Origin: Thalia democratica
Lineage: Eukaryota
Length of the DNA stretch: 64,000 bases
Assembly (NCBI GenBank): GCA_965202585.1
Contig: OZ241831.1
Location: forward strand, 37,014,001 to 37,078,000
Direction of reading: 5' to 3'
The notes below the pieces were generated by a model that searched no databases, was not told where the DNA came from, and saw only the letters and a list, made by a program, of their open reading frames with translations. Both the position numbers and the translations under genes were made by a program. Every line of letters begins with the position of its first letter. Within the stretch, counting starts at the first letter, position 1. Shown in pieces: positions 13,097 to 25,959 of this stretch.

Positions 13097-15632
13097 TTTG
13101 TTTCTATTGACGACTTTAAATGTTCAATTTTGAAAGTTACACAAAACTCTTAAAGTTGTAAAGTTAACAATATAATTGTTATTGAGTTAAACAGTGATTT
13201 CTTTATTCTTGTTTTCAACAAAAGTTTTATGGGTTCACACAAGTGGCAACACATAAAAAATCATAGGGGTTGTAATAAAACATATATTGCCTTGTATACA
13301 GTTTTCACTCATACTTCAACATTCCATTCAAATTTGTGTAGTAATCATACTTTCATATCGAATTCATTAACATTAGAGATAGTTTAAATTGCTGTGTTCC
13401 CGCTAGTACGTTATCACGCGTTAAAAATTAGTACAATAATGTAGATGCGATTAAACTACATGTTTAAGAGTTTAATCTAGTTTCTACTTAAATTGTAAAC
13501 AATTATAGATAATTGTATAGTTAAGATGAAGTTTGATATGTAGATTTAGCTATACTAAACGAAATTGTAGTATTTTATCAGAGATTATAAAATATACATG
13601 TTTAGTTTTAACAGTAAACAAAATAAATAAGTTAAAGATAAAGTTTGAACTACATTTAAATCTTCTATACCTTTTAATACTTTCTTAAAAAAGAAAGTTT
13701 AAAAAACCACAATTGTTTTGCTCGCTTTAATGTACGAATAATATTATGAAAACTGCTGAAATGTAAAAATTTTAGGAAAAATTCAAGAAAAAATCAAATT
13801 TATGAGTAAGATATTGAAATTTAATTTTGATTTACTGGAAGTTTTTCTTGTGAATCAATGATAAAATCAATTCTAAAATAATGTACTTAATATGCGAAAT
13901 ATTATGTTTTTTTGTGAAATAAACTGTTCTTTTATAATAGATGCTTATCACCTAGTGTGGAAGGCTTATATGGCAAATAATGGATTTAATTTAACAACAT
14001 AGGATAAAACCCTTAGGCTTAAGTAAAAGTAGGTTTAACTAGTATAAGTAAATAAAATAATCTTTCTAAAAAACGTTTTAATTTTATGCATTTTTGAAAT
14101 GAAAGATAAAGTAGTATTAAATTTGAAGAACTTTCGAAAACACTTCTGAATGCACTTGAATACAAAGGTTTATAAAATTAGTTCCAGTATAACAATAAAA
14201 CTGATTAAATTACGGTATTAAGAACTGTTATCGATACATTAAAATTAATATAACTAAGCCTATTTAAAATTATTATCTAAAAGTACATATGCATTGCAGA
14301 CTAAACATTATTTTGTTTTTGTATTTTATTCTATACAAGTACTACCTTGAAATAGTAAAAGAGTGCTTTCTGTATTAAAACTATGATACCAGTAAAACAA
14401 AAAAATATTTTGATATTCCAAATTTGTTTTAAAATATTTTTGTATAAAGTATTTTATTGATTAGAGAAAAGCATTTTTTGTTTGTTGAAAAATAGATAAA
14501 GAAAATAAAAATTTTTGAGAGTATAATAATGAGTATAAAACATTTACCACAAAATATTAAAAAGTTATTACACGTTTTAAACGTTGACATCAAAAACAAA
14601 ACTATCCAATTTAAACTTAATAGTTAATTTTAAGTTGCACTTGTATATAAGTTATATTTTTATTTTTGGCAAAGTGTAAATATTTATTATATCTTTTTTT
14701 GCTAAACGTAATCATTAATTCAGTTCTTTTAACTAAACAACAAATTTTGTAAAAATTAACTAAAAAATTTGATATTTTTAAACTTTAAACAAAAAGTTTA
14801 AAGTATGGTAATTACTATATGTAAAAGTTTAAAAAGTTTATGCTGGACTTTTACAAAGAATTTTATTTTTTTAAAGGAAAAAAATTAAGTTGTATTATCA
14901 AACATCACACCATTTTATTATTATAACTCGCAAAAATGTAATTCTATACTTTCGTATTAATTACCCACTTGAGACCTATAAATAATTTCTGTTTTTTTTT
15001 TGTTTTGTGTCCACACAAACTTGTTTATACTAAGCAAAAAAAATATGTGTGTATAAGATAACAAAAAAAAAAGTATTTTTTTGATTTAATCACAAGCAAA
15101 ATAGTTATATATAGTGTTTGTTGATGAAATACATTTACATTTGTAAAGTTTGTTAAATTTTTTAAGTTTCTTTTTTTAATCCAGTTAATTGAATTAAAAG
15201 TAGTATTCGTGAGATATAAAACTAAACTAACATTTTTATAAGTTTTAACTAAATTAATTTTAAAAGTAATTAGATTTTTATTATTTTAAAATTTTATCAT
15301 TTTATTTATTTAAATTAGTAATATTTAAGTGAAAATGAATTATAATGAGTTTAAATTTAAGAAAATGTTAATTTCATCTATCGGTTTTTAAAAACATAAG
15401 ATTTAAGTTAATTTTCATACCTTCATTTTTTAGTATAGTTATTGTTACTTTCCCATAAGTTTTTGTTATATAAAACAAATATTTACTTTTGGCTTCTAGT
15501 TTACAGTTCGATACTGACTAACTAATAGGTCAGGAAGCTATGATTAATGTCTTTTTCTATACTTTTATAAGAGCTTTTTAAACTAAATAAGTTTCTTCAT
15601 AGCAATTTAAAAACAGATAATCAAACAAATTA

Positions 15633-18600
15633 ATGAGTAGTTACGAATGTATACATTTGGCTACTAGTACTATAGGTGTAGACAACCTTTGTACAAAGTG
15701 TTAGTTTTTTTGTAAATAAGAGTATATAAATATTTGTATGAATGTTGTACATTAAATTTCTAGCTTTAATATAAATGAAACACATTGTTTTGTTTATTAA
15801 GATCTAAATTGTTTCGTATTTTTTCTACCAAGATAGAAAAGTGCGAAGTTTTTGTTTGTAAGTTTTGTTTTAAATTTTAAATATTTTTCTATAATAGATC
15901 GTCGCAAACAGCAAAAACGAAAACTAGATGACTACGAATATTTGAATTTAGCGGGAATGGAGAGGCAAAGAAAGCGAAGAAATGATTATGATTACTTGCA
16001 CTTGGCCACTGGTACTGTAGGAAAACTAAATATAACTATATTAATTTTAATATAAATAAACAAAGTTCCCGGTTTTAAGTCTAAATAAGATTTTTTAAGT
16101 TTTTAGATGTAAACTTGTAATGAATTTATCACTAAAGATGTTTTTACGATTTTAATTAAAAAGTTGACAATAATAACCCTTAGATATAAATAAGACTATT
16201 AAATCTTTATATTCTTACCTAAATAATATTTTATGTTTATCAAATTAGGTAAGAGTGTGTACACAAATTTAACTTTTAGTTTGTATTGTTTTTATTACAA
16301 ATGTATACAAAAATAAACTTAAAGTTTGTAGAAATTCCTTAAAATCTGAAAGCGTTTCAAATTTTCCTTAGTATTAACTTTTTCAATTTCAAATTTTGTT
16401 GTAAACTTTATAAAGGTCAACTAGATATTTTTGATCATTCTTGTAAGAATCATAAAATGATTTTACTACTATTTTTTTAATAGAATCTAAAAAAAAACTG
16501 TTGTTAAATATTTTCTTAAATTACTTTTACAACAACAAATGTTAATGAATTTCTATTTTATTAGTTGCTACAAAGTTAAAATTTATTTCTAAATAGAAGT
16601 TTTAAAATATGATTCTATATCTTAATAATTTAAACGTAATATGTGTTTTATTAAGTCACTACTTTAGACATTTTTTTTTAGTTAAATAAAGAAAAGTTAA
16701 AACGTTTTATTCTGGGTATACATTAAGTTTTTGTAAACGCATACATACTAATTACGCATCATTGCAACTAATGACAACAATTTGTTTCTAATACTGTTAT
16801 GTTAAGTTTTATTATCATAGAGTCTGCGAATTAAACTTACTTCAGTACAAGTGATGTGTTACTACTTACATTTAGTGAACATCTTACGTGATGTTTATGA
16901 TCATTTTTACTAAATTCAAAAAGTTTAATTTTTGACATAATGATTTTTTTTTCTTTGGAAATAAACAAAGAATTCTTTTTTTTTTCTACATTGATAACAA
17001 TAAATTACTTTTGCTAAATTAGTTTTTAAATAGTTGTAGGCATAAAAAAAAAGACTTTAAGTTTTTACATTTATTATTAATAAAGTTTTTTAAGTATTGC
17101 CAAAAATAATGTATTGTAAATTTGGTTCGAAGAATAAAAAATCGAATTGAATTTTATAATCAAGGTAGATTTAAAGCTAATATCAGTAAGTTATATTTTT
17201 GGCACAACTAATAAAAACTAATTTAATCCAAACAGGTCAGGGACGTTTTGATTACCGAAAAAGAAGATCAGTTTTAGGAAGCTGTTTGAATGTAAATCAA
17301 GATAATTTATTTAATTACCCATGCAATTTAAATTCGTCAATTGCTGCTCAAAGTAACTTTCATGATAAAGATAATTTTTTAACTTGTATTACTAAGCTAT
17401 AGTTAATTACTTTTTAACAGGTGTTCCTGGTATAAAAAACGAAAACAGAGCGTTTTCAGCATACAACCAAAAAACACCATTTTGCAGTGATAATCAAGCT
17501 GATGAAAACGTTCCGCCTCGCATTCAAAGCAGACAAATTAAACGGCAAAGTTTATTAAGCATTCATGCTAATCACCAAGGTAAGTAAAACTATATAATTA
17601 TTGTAATTAACTGCGATCATTAATACTTCGATATAAGTTTAAGTATTTCAGTTTTTACTTGATCATAAAAAAAACTTTAAATATTTTTCAACAAAATAAA
17701 GATTTTCTACTAACTGTTTTCTCTTTCTGAAACGCTTAAAGGTTTAAAAAGCTAAGCCTTTTATCCTTGTGGAAACAAATTGTTAATTATTTGGTATTCA
17801 ATGTGCTATCTGTCGACGCAAACCTCTTTGTTGTAAGCTTAAGCCATCAAATAAATGATAGTTGTTTTATTTGTTTTTTTTTGGTATATCATAAAATAAA
17901 AGCCAACTGCTGACTTTTTTTTCAGATAAATATGTTGTGCTTTTATTTTAGACTGTGTGAATAGTAAACGGTAATGTTGTTTCCAAAAAGGTTTGAAAAC
18001 GCCTCTATTTAGTTAATATTGTTCACTTAATTTAGCTACATCTTTTACATATTATATTAAATGTTTTTTTATTTAATTTTCATTAGTTTTGAAGTGAAAA
18101 GTATGGTTTATTATTTTTAGCAGACCAGGAACCTTATACCTACCAGACTAGGAGACATTTAATGAAAAACTGCATGAACTCAAACCAAGGAAATTTACAG
18201 CAATTTTCCCTTTATGGTACCTCATCACAAACTGCTCAAAGTAAGTTTAACATCTAAAACGTCCTGAAAAGCGGGTGGTAAAATAATCATATTTAAACAG
18301 ATGTGTTTAATAAAAGGGACGAAAATAATGCTCAAGCATTTTCTACGCACAACCGAAAATTATCGATTTTGAGAGAACGGCAAGAAAACGTTGTTGAAAA
18401 TAATAAAAGTGTTCCGGTTCACGTTCAAAACAGACAACTTAAACGACAGAGCATGATAAATACGCAGTTTCAGCAACAAAGTAACAAAAACTATAAAACT
18501 TATGGTATAATTACAATTTTGCATTTTTTTTTACTAGTATTTCAAAAAAGAGAATAGAAATTAGCACACTAAATTTAATTTATTTTTCAATAAATTTAAT

Positions 18601-21600
18601 AAAATAAATCTTAAAACAGATCAATGGTGATCAGGATACCCAGTGCATTCTACTTTGATGGACAACAGCAAACAAACGAAACAATGTAACAACTTTGAAA
18701 CTCGTGGTGATTTAGTAGATATTAAAGCAAGTCTTAAAGATTTTTTGAACTACTATACAAAGAAAACTGGAAAATCTATCAACGACTTGAAAGGTATTAT
18801 TGTTTGCTTCGTACTAATTAATTTTATACTTTTAATGTACATAAATTTATAAAAAATAAAAGATATATATGTAAGAGTTTACAACTAAATTTGATCTTAC
18901 AATTTTAGTAAACCAAATACTAAGGAACTCAGTAAAGTATAGTTAAGTATACTGAGACGGCTCCTTGGAAAAATCAGGCAGTGATGTCGAAACATCTGAC
19001 TTGCTCATTTATTGCAAGTTTTACCTATAACTGTTTATGCCGATAAATTAGACAAATATTAGACGTGAGCTATAGTGCTACCAAACGTGCGCAATAACTA
19101 AAACAAACCAAAGGTTTCAGGTCGTGTTCTTATAACTAAAAAAATCTCTCTTTGGAAGTTTCTGGCCTTTACACTCGAGTTCTACCTCTGCTACAAAAGC
19201 TTGTTGAAAACATATATCCAATATTAGAACTCGGGTTTATGTCTAAACGTTTTGCTTATTATATGGGTCTCACGACATGTTCAACAGAAATGCGATGATA
19301 ACAGAATTTAAAGCAGTATGCGTATTGCTTTAAATGACTTCATTATATGTTTGTATCTAGCAAATAGGAAAGGAATGTTAGTTATAAATAATAACAGTGC
19401 TAATTATTGTCCAATAACATTGTAAAGCCATTTTATACAAACACAAAGGAAACTGTACAATATAACTGAAACGTGTTTAACTCGTTTTAAACTAAATTCG
19501 GTATAGAGCAAGGTACTTCAAATCTTTTCGGTTTTTTTTATTTAAAGCTATTGGAGAGCTTTTCTGAATCGTCGGCTCATCATAAAAACTGATGACTACC
19601 ATTCTAACTTTGATTAAATCTTATAAAAGTTTAAATAACCAAACCTATATCAAAATAATGATATTAGTACTTGATTTTGTTTTTAGCATAAATGTATATA
19701 TAAATATTTAAAGTAGCTTAAAGATAAGTAGATCAACAATAACTAATTTATACTTTATTTTTAGTTTTTTAGATAAAATATTGTTTTTAAGATATAAATT
19801 TAATTCTATCAGGTATTATGAAACAAGTTGCTTATGAAGAAACACTAATAGAAAAAGATAGAATGCAAGACTCGATGTCATTGAGAGGCTCGGCTCAAGA
19901 TAGAGCAGACGTTCAATACGAAAACTTCTGTGCCAATGGTAAATAAATTTTACTTTTTTAAGAATCAGACTTCAGATTCTCTTACTAACATTTAATTAAA
20001 GTATTTAATGCGCCTTCAAAAATCTTGCTCATCTCTTATAGCTAAATTAAGTAGATCAAGCGTACTCAAAAATTTCTAACTCTTATCTTTAACTTCAATT
20101 AAACGATAATCATTATATAGGAAATGAGTGCGGGATGTGTATTCAGTGTCAAAAAGTACCGAAGACTGAAGAAGCACGCTTAATGATGATTAACCGTAAC
20201 ATGAAAAAAAAAAAAATTTCAAGGTAAATTTTATTAAAATCAGTTGAATTTTTATAATTAATTACAAATTTTTGTATCCTATGTATTCCTTTTTTGTTCT
20301 AGTCTTGAAAAAATATATTGTATTTTATCTACTACTTTCGTACAAATGTTTTCAAAAGCAAGTCTTAAATAGAGAAGATTAAAAAATTCACACTTTAAAC
20401 TAGTTTGAGATCTTATAAGTGGTTTGAGTTATTGTATTTAAGTTTGAAATCAAGGCCCTCAAAAACTTAAAAAATCAACCGACATGCTTAGTTTTCTTAC
20501 TTAAATACCCGATAGTAAAAATCTAAAGTTTTGAAATAAAAAGTATAAAATTATTTAAAGCATTATAAAAACATGTACATTGTACATATCTTTTTAAAAG
20601 TATTAGCTTACTGGTCAAGTTTTATTAAAGTGTATTAGTAGCCATTTAAGCGCCCTTATACGAAACAATAAATACGTCATATTTGAAGTTTTTAAATAGT
20701 AAAAATATAAGTACTGCTTTTAAGTAAAAATACTTGTTGTTGTACTAAAGCGATCTTTTGCGCTTTAGTTGTGCATTAGTTTGTCTATTGTTTTTTTTTT
20801 CTGAAAAGAATTTCATTTCTTCTTAAACTAGTTTACACAGTCTTTCGAGATTGTATTCTTAGATATTAGCTTAATTATTTATTATTGTTTATTAAGGTTT
20901 TTTTCTTCAAACTCATAGGATAGATTAATTTATAAATGTTTCACGTGATAACGACTTCAAACGTTTTAAAAATTCAAATGATAGCTTCTGAATATTAGCC
21001 ATAGTATAAAACAATTTTTTTTGTTTTGGTAAGTCAAATGACTGCATGTATTTAGGAACCAAATCTCTTATTGCTACATTATACTTTAAGTTTTATTAAC
21101 TTCGAGTACTTGTAAAACCTTTTTGATTTGATACTATACTCTACTATAACGGTTTAAACACTTAAAACTATTTTTTTATATATATAATAAAGTTTTTTTT
21201 AACTTTCTAAATCTCAATTTTTTTATTTTTTTTATTTGTAAAAGATAAAGAAAACGAGCAACCTAAGAAAACGGATCTTTTGAACAACAAAGTTGATTTC
21301 AATGATGCTTTTCACAGAAATATGAAGATAATTGACAACAAAAACAACATTTATCAAAAAATTAAATTAAGTAAGATTTTAAATTACATTTTATTAAAAA
21401 AAGGCTAGAATACTAAAATGTAAACACTTGTATAAAATATACAACTAATTAATTTGACACATTGATAAATTAAGAGTTAAATTTAGTTTTGGTAAATTAT
21501 TTTCAATTTATGAATTTAATAAATACGACAACGTTTTAATTTACATTTGACATTATCTTCTCACTAGTGTTTGTTTAATGAAAACACAATCCTTCTATGA

Positions 21601-23809
21601 ATATATCTATGAATATTTAAGCAATTTAGATTCGTATAAATACCGAGCTTTTTACCTATATATTTTCAAGTAAATTGAGTAAAAAAAACGAACCCGAAGT
21701 TATTTTCACATTATCGAAAAAATATGTTATAATAATACTTTTCGTTTTTATAGAACTTATTGTACTAGGTTACAATATAAAAGTATAATTTAATAGCGTA
21801 CTGGTATTAGGTAAAGAAGTTGCAATTGGAGATTCTTACGACCACGTTGAAATTTATCCGAGAAACTTTGCACCCGAAGCACCCGAAAAACCAAAACGTT
21901 CGAAACTGAACAACGATTTTATGAGAAGTGGTTTTGCTGATACTAAAGAAAGATATATGACCGAAAAGGAATATTTGGTAAGTTTAGAAAGTTGCTGTTC
22001 ATGTTTAGTTTTTTATCATTTTGATTATGTGGTTTTCAGTATTTTTTAAAAAGAATACTGAATATTTTTTTTCAATCTAAAATAATTTTAAATTTTTTTA
22101 AGTCCTATTTGATTAATTAAAATATCCTTTCTAAATTTATTCAAATAGTAGTACTACTAAAATTATTTCACTAAACAAAAAATATACATTTACAACTTAC
22201 ATTAAACACGTTTATTTCAGATAGTTAACTACTAACACTTTATACAAATTTTTTAGCCTTTAACTTTTGTTTTGTGCTACATGACCACTATTTTATGCAA
22301 CAACGGAAAAGTATCTTATTACTTGTATTTTCATTAGAATCAACCACAAGTCGACGGATGTGAAAAAGTGGAATTTCAAGAAAATGCCATTGTAGATTTG
22401 TCACAAAAATACAAGTTCTTCTACGAATGTGATAACGATTTCTTTCCAAAGAGAAATAATTGTAAGTATTTTTTTTTTCCTGAGTAAAGAAAAAAGAACT
22501 ATACTTTTTGTTCTTATAGGTAAAAATTAAAAAGTGCTTTATGGCTTTTTAACTTATTATGTGTTTAAGATTTATTAGTATATTTAAAATACTTGTTCGT
22601 TAAAAATTGTTTTTTTTTTAGTTTTTAAGTGAATACTTAAGTAATTTCCATAAGGCAAATTATAAACTTAGAATAATAAGTAAGTAGCTTTAAATTACCT
22701 AAACCAAAAAATTCTATATATTTACCCAAATATATAAGTTTAAACAAAAACTTTTCATTTTCAAACTAGACTGTGCTGATCGTTATATTTAGTTCATGCA
22801 TGTTAATTTAAAACTTTTAAAGAACTGTTTAACAATTTTAAAAGTAAAAAAGAATTTAAATATAAAGTTTGTTCATTAGAATGCTTTTGTTTCCAACGAC
22901 TAAAATATGTAATAAAAATAAATAAAAAATCGAATCAATGAAATTTATATAACAAAGCTGAATTTTAGTACTTTTGCTTTTACAGGCAATACATTTAACA
23001 TGAATGATTTCAAAAAACAAAAAGTCGACCCAATTGATGCTGCAAAGACAAAAATGCACAAAAATACCTACGAAGATGTTGAATTAGATGCTTGTTCGTA
23101 CAAAGATGCTAGTAAGAAAGCTGATTTATTTGTAGATGCTGATAAGAAGTACCGTCCATACGAATATGCAGAGAATAAAAATAATTTTGATCCAATTCTT
23201 GATGAGTCTGTAGTATTGAAAAACGACAGTTAAAAAGTAAGTCTGGCAAAAAAAAATGTTTCCTAGTTTGTTATGTAAGCAATGTAAAAAGTTACAATAC
23301 TATTTAGTTGTTATATTTAACTAAAATTGTTATACTACTAACTACAAATTATAAGTTTTAGTATATAAATCTACTTGCTTACAATAACAATCTATATTGA
23401 TTAAACTTTTATAAGTATTTAACATTATAAGATAAATTTTGCAATCAAGCAAAACAATAAAGAAAAACAAATTATTTAGTTGCCAGTAGGAAGTAGTCCT
23501 TATTCTTATGAAACTTACTGGCAACGTGTTGGCAGTAAGATGTTTAGCAAGGATGAAGTTTGTGGTGAACAAAATGAGCAGATAAAGGTGATTTTCACTT
23601 TTAAGTTATGATATTTAAATAACAATAATAAAAAGACCTAAAACCATATTAAACTTTATAAGTAAAAATACTTAAGTTTATTTTAAAACTTAAAAATATT
23701 TAGAGAATAATTTTCATTGTGTTTATTTCAGAAAAAGCCTTCTAAGGAGGAAAAGCAAAAACCTAGAAGAAGAAAATCAATGATGCATCGTATCTTTGGA
23801 AAGAAATAA
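15633..23809 (+). CDS. About 15-exon gene for an approximately 670-aa low-complexity protein with many Tyr and basic-Ser motifs; no recognisable domain
   Basis: Hand-built exons with compatible phases: 15633-15675, 15898-16011, 17236-17352, 17421-17579, 18124-18240, 18301-18504, 18620(or 18635)-18793, 19813-19938, 20121-20223, 21245-21370, 21811-21977, 22338-22461, 22986-23236, 23480-23587, 23732-23809. The last exon ends ...RRRKSMMHRIFGKK*. Blemishes: TGA at 18628, an extra A in the run at 20204-20216, TAA at 23231. Confidence 0.7.
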
Positions 23810-25848
23810 TACTTTTAAAAATTTATGTTTCTTATGCAACTAAACATTAAAAAAGTTTATAAGCCTAAAACTCTTCTGGCAAACAAAGTAGTTATTTTTA
23901 ATAAGTTTAAATTTATCAAAATGAATTATAACTAACAGCTGTTTTGAGTAGGAAAAAGCGTTTTCTTGCATTTAAACTTGAAAAAAAGTCTGTTCGAATT
24001 AAAATGTTATAATAAAACGTAAACTTTAGTATATATATTTTTTTTCATCAACTTTTTCCTTTGTCAAAAAATAACAGTTCAAAAAATTAGAATGTAACTG
24101 AAACATTTTAAGTTTTTTTTGTTATAAGACTTAAGATAAGATTATTAAGTATTCTGACCAACTTAAAACCTTAGCATAGAAAACGATATCTTCTATGTTA
24201 AACTGTAGAAAATTTTCTTGTTTTACTTAGTTTGCTTTGTATTTTACAGAATACTTACTAATAACGAAAGCTTTTTTTTCAAAACCAAGTCATATTTACA
24301 GCTTTCAAAGTATCATTATTTTTTTTACTATTTGAAAAAAGTCTTTGTCTAGCTGAAGCACTTAAGTCAAATAAAAAGGTCCTCTACTGAATATCTTTTA
24401 CAACAACATTAGAAATATATCTTTGAAACGGCAGAGAAAAATTGATAACTGAAGTACTTTTTTTTGACAAGAAACAAACCACATGATCACGTTTAAAAAA
24501 TGCTACATAGGCTAATATACAATAACACTGTTCACAGATAGATATGAGATTTGTTTTCAAATCAAAGTCTTTATGAAAAAGGTTGCTTAAATCTATTGAC
24601 AATAAAGCTTCTATAACATATTAGTCTTTAAAACAGCGCATAGCAATCTAAAGTATTCAATTTTAAAATATAAATTTTACTACCGCTAAATCTAAAATAA
24701 CGGCTGTAATCAAGGCAATTATAAATATTTACTATAGTGGCTTATTCATGTTGTTGTTTTATTTAAACTTCGTTTAAAATGTTCAATAGTTTGTATACAT
24801 AGTAATTCAATTTCGTCCCGTTCCAAGGTTAATAATAGCACAGTTTTGACGATTACATAAACCATATACTTTAGATTTAAAACATATTTGTCGTACTATT
24901 TGTTTGAATTATAACAAGTATTAAGTTGTTTTTATAATTTTGGTATGTATGTTTTTTGATTTTAATTGAAATTTGATATATAGCTCAAATCCTACAGCCC
25001 AGTAAGAAAATATAGGTTATTGATAAAATTATTATTCATTGTTATTATCATTACAAAATTTCTTATAAACTCAATTTATTTGTTATATATTTTTAGGTTG
25101 TACTTATACTACCCGTTTAAATGTTAAAGTTTATTGTTTACCGTAAAAGAAACATTATGAAATTACTAAAACTTAAACATAGACCCGCGAAACGAATTAA
25201 GCAATTAAAACTAAAGTTATTGAGTCTGAGTTTTACCTTTTTATTTTAATGGTGTTGCACACACTGAATTAAAAATATGTTTTATATGATATTTCTTTCT
25301 GTTTTAGTTACATAATTGTGCTAACTGCGTTTTTTCAAATTGAATTATTATAGATAAATTTTCGTTAATAAAAACGTTTGAAAACATTTCGTCTAAAGTA
25401 TTTTCTGATAAATCCGACCAATTAATTTCAAAATATTTTTTTACCTGGTGTAGTTAAATAGAACTAACTTAGTATAATACTTAATTGCCAAGCTTTTTTA
25501 TACCCTTTATAAAAAAAAAGTTTAGAAATACATTTAAATAGTTAGATCTGAATATTTTGTAAATGAAAAAAGAATATTTTAACTTTACTACTTAAAAATA
25601 TATATTAAAGCGTTTGTTAACAAGAGATCCTAGCGAAACAAGTTCACTGGAATATATATATATAACAAATTATACAGTATCCTTTTTTGTTCCACGAAAT
25701 AAATATTGGCTAAAACTGATCAAACGAGCGCAGACTATAATCTCACAACAAGCTGACAATGTCTGAGACGTTGAGCTGTGAATGATATAGCTGTGTAATG
25801 TTTTCAATTTTACCCACAAACGGTCGCTTCAGTACTTAGTACTCAAGC

Positions 25849-25959
25849 CCGCTTGTTTAAGATCAGCGGTTTCTCGCGACTATTCCTACCTGATGAGTCC
25901 TAATAAGGACGAAACCGGTCGTAGGATTGTCTCGGATGCTGTTGTTTTTGATCTTGCGG
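25849..25959 (+). ncRNA. Type I hammerhead ribozyme with palindromic mini stem III
   Basis: CUGAUGA at 25890, stem II GUCC-UAAUAA-GGAC, GAAAC-CG-GUC with cleavage after 25920. Stem I is UCCUAC/GUAGGA, extended by AAGAUCA/UGAUCUU and CCGC/GCGG. Confidence 0.92.

Noticed and set aside
12799-13110. 103-aa ORF
   Set aside because: Artefact of the N gap.
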